Positions 27,393 through 33,296 of a DNA stretch of 33,296 nucleotides are shown in pieces. The stretch covers positions 1 through 33,296 of the forward strand of contig JBCCVY010000001.1 in NCBI GenBank assembly GCA_039194725.1, given 5' to 3'. A model generated the notes under the pieces. That model was not told the DNA's origin, ran no database searches, and saw only the letters and a program-made list of their open reading frames with translations. Within the stretch, counting starts at the first letter, position 1. Every line of letters begins with the position of its first letter. This DNA comes from Pseudomonadota bacterium (GTDB taxonomy: Bacteria > Pseudomonadota > Alphaproteobacteria > Rhizobiales > Aestuariivirgaceae). The position numbers were made by a program, and so were the translations under genes.

Positions 27393-28784
27393 ATGAGCGC
27401 TGTTGCATCCGTGCTGGTTGCAACGGTCGTCGGCCTCAGCGCATTCTGGCTTGGCTCCAACCGGCCACTGGCTTGGGCCGTAAATGCTGTTCTGGCAGGC
27501 GGATTGCTGGTCTTCACCTGCCTGTCACTGCAATTGGAGGCGCGACGGTATCCGGCGCTGATGCTTTCAAAGCTGTTGGTGCCGGTGGTCATGTTTGGCC
27601 TGGGGCTGTTGTGGGCAGTTGTGCAGATCCTGCCGTTGGGGGCTTCAGTGGGCGGGCATCCCGCATGGCAGGTGGCGGGCGATGCTCTCGGCCGTGACGT
27701 GGTGGCAACAATTTCCATCAATCCGAGCGAAACCCGCTGGGCCATATTGCGCTATCTGACTGCCGCAACGGTGTTGCTTTCAGTTTATGTTCTGGCGCGC
27801 TCAGCCCGCAACGCTCGGATTATCCTGCGGACATTTGTCATTCTGGCCGGGCTTGCAGCCCTTTACGGGTTAACGCGATTGTCGCTGTCTCTGGACAAAA
27901 TCCTGTGGTTTGACGAACCAGATACGGGGTATCTCACATCGGGATTTATCAAACGCAACAGTGCCGCCACCTATTTCGGCATGGCAGCGGTGGCGGGACT
28001 CGGGCTTGTGATTCACCAGGCTCGTTCGGTATTGCAGTCGACATCTTCGGTCAGTGGCAGGGAAGTGGTCAGGAAACTGTCGCAGGCAATGTCAGGAATG
28101 CTTGGACTTGATCTTGTCCTGTTCGTCCTGATGATTGTTGCATTGCTGACAACCGGGTCGCGTGGCGGCATCAGCTTTACTGTGCTGGCACTGATCTTCA
28201 TGTTGTTGGCGTACGGTGTCAAACAGCACATGCCCGGCAGATCCCAGGGAGGCGGCATTGCGTGGGTGATGAGTATCGTTGCCATCGCAGTGTTGCTTCT
28301 GGGCGTCTTCGAACTATCCGGTGCGCGGCTTGCCGAGCGGCTGCTGAACCACGGACTAGAATCCGACGCACGGCTTGAGACCTATGCGCAAACGGTGCAG
28401 GCGGTTGGCGATTACCTGTTCCTGGGCAGCGGATTGGGCACATTCCAGGATGTATTCACGGCCTACCGCAGCGAACTGTCCCCAGGCCGGCACGTCTGGG
28501 ACAAGGCGCACAACGACTACCTGGAGCTGGTGCTTGGGCTTGGGTTGCCGGCGGCACTGCTTGTCCTGTTCAGCTTTGCCGGTCTGTTTCTGGCAGCGAT
28601 CAAGGGCTTTTTCGCGCGCCATCGTGACGCTCACTTTGCAGCAATTGCCGCCGCCGCCTGTGTGTTGATCGGCCTGCATTCGCTGGTTGATTTCAGCTTG
28701 CAGATTCAAGCAAACACGCTTGCATTTGCGCTGCTTCTCGGGCTGGGGCTAGCGCAATCGTGGAGCACCCGGCACCAATCATAG
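27393..28784 (+). CDS. O-antigen ligase / Wzy_C family protein (probable polysaccharide polymerase)
   Basis: About 12 TM helices; TGSRGG, GSGLGTF, AHNDYLE, HSLVDFSLQ motifs. Confidence 0.9.
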   Translation: MSAVASVLVATVVGLSAFWLGSNRPLAWAVNAVLAGGLLVFTCLSLQLEARRYPALMLSKLLVPVVMFGLGLLWAVVQILPLGASVGGHPAWQVAGDALGRDVVATISINPSETRWAILRYLTAATVLLSVYVLARSARNARIILRTFVILAGLAALYGLTRLSLSLDKILWFDEPDTGYLTSGFIKRNSAATYFGMAAVAGLGLVIHQARSVLQSTSSVSGREVVRKLSQAMSGMLGLDLVLFVLMIVALLTTGSRGGISFTVLALIFMLLAYGVKQHMPGRSQGGGIAWVMSIVAIAVLLLGVFELSGARLAERLLNHGLESDARLETYAQTVQAVGDYLFLGSGLGTFQDVFTAYRSELSPGRHVWDKAHNDYLELVLGLGLPAALLVLFSFAGLFLAAIKGFFARHRDAHFAAIAAAACVLIGLHSLVDFSLQIQANTLAFALLLGLGLAQSWSTRHQS

Positions 28785-28929
28785 CGATCCAAGCGTCGGC
28801 AGAAAATAAACCCTTTACTATCAACGTCTTGCCGGATTTGGCTCTGGATCCGGAATATGCTGTTTTTCAGTACATCAGGTGTTGCGGCCCCAAGGGTAGA
28901 TAGCTAACGTATTGAAAGCTGAGGGGACA

Positions 28930-29454
28930 GTGATTCGCATGACTAGTGGCGACGTAGTTGGCAGAAGATGGTTTGCTGTGCGCACGCAACCTAATCGGGA
29001 GCATCGCGCAAAGTTTCAGCTTGACCAGCAGCAGTTTCGTACTTTTTTGCCGCTGATTGAAAAATCAGTGTGTCACGCCAGAAAGGTGCGTCAGGTCCGA
29101 TCCGCCCTGTTTCCGGGTTACTTGTTTGTTGAACTCGATTTGTCGAAGGATCAGTGGCGGCGTGTCAACTCAACCTATGGCGTATCCCACCTGGTCATGG
29201 CCGGCGAGCGTCCGGCTGCCGTGCCTGCGGGAGTGGTTGAGTTGATCATCGAGATGTCGGAAGGCAACGGGCTCGTTGATTTTACTCCTGATCTGCAGCC
29301 TGGCATGAGTGTGCAGATGGTGTCGGGACCCTTGTCAGGATTGATTGGGCGACTGAACCGATGCGATGCACGCGGTCGTGTGGAAGTCCTGCTTGAAGTC
29401 ATGGGTCAGCAGATCAGGGTGACATCCAATGCCAGGGCATTGATGCCAGCCTGA
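28930..29454 (+). CDS. NusG paralogue, RfaH-like transcription antiterminator (start GTG 28930 or ATG 28939)
   Basis: NGN domain WFAVRTQP..E, LFPGYLFV, VNSTYGV; KOW domain PGMSVQMVSGPLSGLIG...RVEVLLEVMG; embedded in a polysaccharide locus. Confidence 0.9.
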   Translation: MIRMTSGDVVGRRWFAVRTQPNREHRAKFQLDQQQFRTFLPLIEKSVCHARKVRQVRSALFPGYLFVELDLSKDQWRRVNSTYGVSHLVMAGERPAAVPAGVVELIIEMSEGNGLVDFTPDLQPGMSVQMVSGPLSGLIGRLNRCDARGRVEVLLEVMGQQIRVTSNARALMPA

Positions 29455-29531
29455 TCGGCAAAAAAACTTTACGGTAGTTGAGTAGAAAGGCGCCAGATTC
29501 CGGTGCTAGTTTCAGATTCGGGTCGTACCGG

Positions 29532-29569
29532 CCGTGGTGAAACCGTTTCACCCGGAGTGCGGTAGCCAT
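29532..29569 (+). promoter_or_regulatory. Hairpin followed by ops-like motif (GCGGTAGC) in the manC leader
   Basis: GGTGAAA-CCG-TTTCACC hairpin, then GCGGTAGC (29559-29566) matching the core of the RfaH ops element GGCGGTAGnnTG. Confidence 0.45.
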
Positions 29570-29609
29570 TGCCTGACTTATCAATTTAGGAAATTTTTCC
29601 GGTAGACTT

Positions 29610-31130
29610 ATGAACACCAAATCTCATCTTGTGCCAGTCGTTTTATGTGGTGGAGCCGGGACACGATTGTGGCCATTGAGCCGGCAGGCGTTTCCGAAGC
29701 AGTTTGCTGTTGAGGTTGAGCGGGCATCGCTTCTCGATCTTACGCTGGCGAGAATCAACCGGCTCGACGGGGTGGCGTCGTGCGTTGCCGTCACCGGCGA
29801 AGGCTATCGCTTCATGGTTGCAGAGGCGCTGAACAACGCCGGCCTGCATGGTTCCATTCTGCTGGAGCCGGTTGGCCGGAACACAGCTCCGGCTCTGTGT
29901 GCTGCAGCCTTGCAGATTGCCGAAACAAATCCCGATGCGATCATGGTGATACTGCCATCCGATCACTTTGTTTCGGACACCGACAAATTCACCACCGCCA
30001 TTGCCGGCGCGGCCCGCCTAGCACAGGACGGCTGGTGGGTGACGCTTGGCATTCGCCCCACAAAGCCGTCTTCTGCCTATGGGTATATCGAACCGGGCAC
30101 AGAAATAACTGGTCATGATCCTGCCTGCCAGGTGGCGCAGTTTCTGGAAAAGCCAGACGCGGAGAAAGCCGAGGCGCTGATCAGTGCAGGATGCGTCTGG
30201 AATGCTGGTATTTTTGTCGTCAAAGCCGGTGTGGCAGCGGGCCTCGTTGCACGGCACGCACCGGAAGTTCACGACGCCGTGCAGCGCGCTGTGGCAGGCA
30301 TCGCCGTCGACAAGGCGTTCTACCGATTGCTGCCGGAGGCGTTTTCCGAAAGTCCGTCGATTTCCATCGATTATGCCGTGCTTGAAAAGGAGGCCCGCGT
30401 TGCTGTCCTGCCCTATGACGGCGACTGGTCGGACCTCGGTTCCTGGGATGCGGTTGCCGGGGTGCATGAAGCTGACGATGACGGCAATCGCTCCGAAGGC
30501 GATGCATGGTTCTCCAGTACCAAGAACTGTTTTGTCCACAGCCCCGACAAGCTGGCTGTCGTGCTGGGGCTGAACAATGTCGTCGTGGTGGATACGCCAG
30601 ATGCACTGCTGGTCACCAGCAGGGACCAGGTGGAGCAGGTCAAGACCGTGGTGGACGATCTCAGATCGGCCGAGCGCAGCGAGCTGACCGATCATCGCAA
30701 GGTCGCGCGCCCGTGGGGAACATTTGAAGGCATCGACCGGGGCGAGCGCTACCAGGTTAAGCGCATCACCGTCAAACCGGGCGCGCAGTTGTCGCTGCAG
30801 TACCATCACCACAGGGCCGAGCACTGGATCGTGGTCAAGGGCGTCGCAAAGGTTACACGTGGTGAAGAGACCTTTCTGCTGCGCGAGAATGAGTCGACCT
30901 ACATACCGCTGGGAGCTGTTCACAGGCTGGAGAATCCCGGCAAGACGATGCTGGAACTGATTGAAGTTCAGTCCGGATCCTATCTGGGCGAAGACGATAT
31001 TGTGCGAGTCGAAGATGTGTATGGCAGGGAGGCTGAACCGGGAATCGCGGGTGCAGAACGGCCTGCGTCGCGCCGGGGTGCAAAACCCAAGCCGGTACGC
31101 ACATCGTCCGGCAAGGGGGGTAAGCATTGA
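29610..31130 (+). CDS. manC: Mannose-1-phosphate guanylyltransferase / mannose-6-phosphate isomerase
   Basis: LCGGAGTRLWPLSR..PKQF, EPVGRNTAPA, YGYI, SIDYAVLE, WSDLGSW, cupin RPWG...SLQYHHHRAEHW. Confidence 0.96.
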   Translation: MNTKSHLVPVVLCGGAGTRLWPLSRQAFPKQFAVEVERASLLDLTLARINRLDGVASCVAVTGEGYRFMVAEALNNAGLHGSILLEPVGRNTAPALCAAALQIAETNPDAIMVILPSDHFVSDTDKFTTAIAGAARLAQDGWWVTLGIRPTKPSSAYGYIEPGTEITGHDPACQVAQFLEKPDAEKAEALISAGCVWNAGIFVVKAGVAAGLVARHAPEVHDAVQRAVAGIAVDKAFYRLLPEAFSESPSISIDYAVLEKEARVAVLPYDGDWSDLGSWDAVAGVHEADDDGNRSEGDAWFSSTKNCFVHSPDKLAVVLGLNNVVVVDTPDALLVTSRDQVEQVKTVVDDLRSAERSELTDHRKVARPWGTFEGIDRGERYQVKRITVKPGAQLSLQYHHHRAEHWIVVKGVAKVTRGEETFLLRENESTYIPLGAVHRLENPGKTMLELIEVQSGSYLGEDDIVRVEDVYGREAEPGIAGAERPASRRGAKPKPVRTSSGKGGKH

Positions 31131-32449
31131 TCTCTCCACCGAGAGTTGCCAGTGAGCGGGCGCAGGTCGCCACACGGGGCAAAGACATTGAGGATCGCCA
31201 GCCGTTGCGGCTGGTAACCCGGATCCGGTTTCAATTGATCGGCGGACTGATATTCGCTGTGGTCGTGCCCGGCCTGGCGCGCTGGCCCACGTCGAGCCTG
31301 GTGCCGGGATCCGCTGGTATAGATTCACTGCAATCGGCAATGCTGGGCTCGCTGCTGGCGCTGTTTCTTGGCTATTGGGCGCTGCGGCAGATGATTGCCT
31401 ATCCCGGTGTGCAGGCAACCCAGTACATCGCGCCGGCATTCGCGATTTCTTACTCGATCATCATCATGATGTTCTTTTTTCTTAGAATTGACTATTCGCG
31501 TTACCAGTTCGGGGCCAGTTTCATAGTTGCTGTTGTATGGTTCTATGCGTGTTTCTTTCTGGCGCGACGAGCATTGTTGCAGAGGTTTGCTCTCGTGGAG
31601 AAAGGAGACACCAAGGGATTGAAGGAGTTGGATGCAGTCGAATGGTTCAGCCTGCATCATCCCATTGCGCCTGATAAGCGCATCGATGGCATAGTTGTGG
31701 ACCTGAGGTCTGATCTGTCGGATGACTGGAACAGGTATCTTGCTGACAGCGCGCTGAGAGGAATTCCGGTCTATCATGTCAAGCAGATGGCTGAGGCGCT
31801 GACGGGCAAGGTGGAGATTGAGCATCTGTCCGAAAACAGTCTCGGGTCGGTCCTGCCTTCGCTGTTATACCTGAGGTTGAAACGACTGGTGGATCTTGGG
31901 CTGGCCGTGCTTGTGGCGCCTTTCTTCCTGGTTGCCATTATTGTTGCAGCAATCGCCGTGAAGCTGGACTCGAAGGGACCGGCATTTTTTCTGCAGCCCC
32001 GCATGGGGTTCCGGGGCAAGCCGTTCAGGATGATCAAGCTCAGAACCATGAAGGTGGACGCCCACAGGACCGGTGGCAACTTCACCGAAGACAACGATCC
32101 CCGCATCACCAGAATAGGACGTTATCTGCGCAAGTACCGCATCGACGAGTTTCCGCAGATCATCAATATTTTTGCCGGTCAGATGAGCTGGATCGGACCA
32201 CGGCCGGAGGCGGTGGAGCTTTCGGACTGGTATCAGCGCGACATTCCGTTTTACAGTTATCGGCATATTGTGCGCCCGGGGCTTTCCGGCTGGGCCCAGG
32301 TGCATCAGGGCAACGTGGCACAAGTTGAGCAGGCAACGCACAAACTTCACTACGACTTTTACTACATTAAACACTTTTCAGCATGGCTTGATGCGCTTAT
32401 CACAGCGAAAACAATCTGGACCATTCTGACTGGTTTTGGATCGAAATGA
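31127..32449 (+). CDS. Priming (initiating) polyprenyl-phosphate sugar transferase (WcaJ/WbaP-like)
   Basis: Four N-terminal TM helices, KRLVD, KLRTM, DPRITRIG..LRKYRIDEFPQ, GPRPE, RPGLSGWAQV, DFYYI. Confidence 0.93.
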   Translation: MISPPRVASERAQVATRGKDIEDRQPLRLVTRIRFQLIGGLIFAVVVPGLARWPTSSLVPGSAGIDSLQSAMLGSLLALFLGYWALRQMIAYPGVQATQYIAPAFAISYSIIIMMFFFLRIDYSRYQFGASFIVAVVWFYACFFLARRALLQRFALVEKGDTKGLKELDAVEWFSLHHPIAPDKRIDGIVVDLRSDLSDDWNRYLADSALRGIPVYHVKQMAEALTGKVEIEHLSENSLGSVLPSLLYLRLKRLVDLGLAVLVAPFFLVAIIVAAIAVKLDSKGPAFFLQPRMGFRGKPFRMIKLRTMKVDAHRTGGNFTEDNDPRITRIGRYLRKYRIDEFPQIINIFAGQMSWIGPRPEAVELSDWYQRDIPFYSYRHIVRPGLSGWAQVHQGNVAQVEQATHKLHYDFYYIKHFSAWLDALITAKTIWTILTGFGSK

Positions 32450-32469
32450 GTTAGGAAAAGAGTAGTGTC

Positions 32470-33296
32470 ATGAAACTGGCGGTTATAGGTGCTGGGTATG
32501 TCGGGCTGGTCTCGGCAGCGTGCTTTGCGGAGTTTGGCTTCTCCGTCACCTGCATTGACAAGGAGGTGGACAAGATTTCAGCTCTGGAGGCCGGCAAGAT
32601 TCCGATCTACGAACCGGGCCTGGAGCAGATTGTTCACGGTAACTTTGAGGCGGGCCGGCTGACGTTTTCGACCGATCTGCAAGCGGCCGTCGCCGATGCC
32701 GATGTGGTTTTCATTGCCGTTGGAACGCCGACACGGCGCGGAGAAGATGCCGCGGATCTGTCTTATGTGTTCGGGGCAGGGGCCGAGATCGCCGATGCCA
32801 TGCGGGGTTTCACCGTTGTGGTCACCAAATCGACGGTGCCGGTCGGCACTGCGGCAAAGCTGAAGGACCTGATTTCAAAAACGCAGCCCGATGCGGACTT
32901 TGAAGTTGCCTCCAATCCGGAATTTTTGCGTGAGGGCTCGGCGGTCGAAGACTTTCTGCGGCCGGACCGAATTGTGGTCGGGGTGAGCTCTGAGCGTGCT
33001 GAGGCGCCGTTGCGGCAGTTGTATCGCCCTTTGACACAGAAGGACGTGCCGATTGTGTTTACCTCCTGCCAGGCGGCGGAAGTGATCAAGTATGCTGCAA
33101 ACACTTATCTTGCCACCCGCATCGGGTTTGTGAATCAACTGGCGGATCTTTGTGAAAAGGTGGATGCCGATATCACCCACGTGACCAGAGGCATGGGACT
33201 GGACAAGCGAATTGGTCAGCACTATTTGCAGCCCGGACCGGGCTTCGGCGGTTCCTGTTTCCCAAAAGATACCCGGGCCCTGATGGTAACGGCTCG
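32470..33296 (+). CDS. ugd: UDP-glucose/GDP-mannose dehydrogenase family protein, truncated by window end
   Basis: My translation (absent from the ORF track): MKLAVIGAGYVGLV, PIYEPGL, FIAVGTP, KSTVPVGT, SNPEFLREG, GPGFGGSCFPKD. Confidence 0.95.
   Translation, partial: MKLAVIGAGYVGLVSAACFAEFGFSVTCIDKEVDKISALEAGKIPIYEPGLEQIVHGNFEAGRLTFSTDLQAAVADADVVFIAVGTPTRRGEDAADLSYVFGAGAEIADAMRGFTVVVTKSTVPVGTAAKLKDLISKTQPDADFEVASNPEFLREGSAVEDFLRPDRIVVGVSSERAEAPLRQLYRPLTQKDVPIVFTSCQAAEVIKYAANTYLATRIGFVNQLADLCEKVDADITHVTRGMGLDKRIGQHYLQPGPGFGGSCFPKDTRALMVTA

Noticed and set aside
28930-29454. Housekeeping nusG
   Set aside because: No secE/rplK context; sequence pattern and location fit a specialised RfaH-like paralogue.
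30018-31439. 473-aa minus-strand ORF, and similar long antisense ORFs (1942-2862, 5399-6439, 10200-11090, 21748-22548, 25542-26411)
   Set aside because: Each overlaps a well-supported gene on the opposite strand and lacks family motifs.

Overview
Mostly an ordinary GC-rich chromosomal segment from an alphaproteobacterium, probably Hyphomicrobiales/Rhizobiales-like (inferred from gene content and promoter motifs). Four parts: (1) 1-1743, a suspect left end with an AT-rich T(n)AG simple repeat and one ORF that joins a signal-peptide-bearing, CcsA-like N-terminal region to the C-terminal ~150 aa of a thiolase, most likely an assembly chimera; (2) 1990-11372, an uncharacterised outer-membrane beta-barrel-like protein and assorted metabolic genes; (3) 11451-19687, a TPP-riboswitch-controlled thiBPQ transporter divergent from thiN, an aldo/keto reductase, and a comD/comE-like TPP decarboxylase-Rid-D-amino acid dehydrogenase cluster interrupted by a ~300 bp MITE-like element; (4) 19838-33296, two small paralogous membrane proteins and a Wzy-type polysaccharide locus (PPP-family phosphatase, short OPX, Cys-containing exported protein, beta-barrel, Wzc, Wzy/ligase-like protein, RfaH-like NusG paralogue with ops-like motifs, manC, priming transferase, truncated ugd). 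The best candidates for new biology are the decarboxylase-Rid-DadA operon, the bipartite MITE, the RfaH/ops-like module and the accessory genes of the OPX/beta-barrel export system. All calls come from motif recognition by eye; no searches were run.
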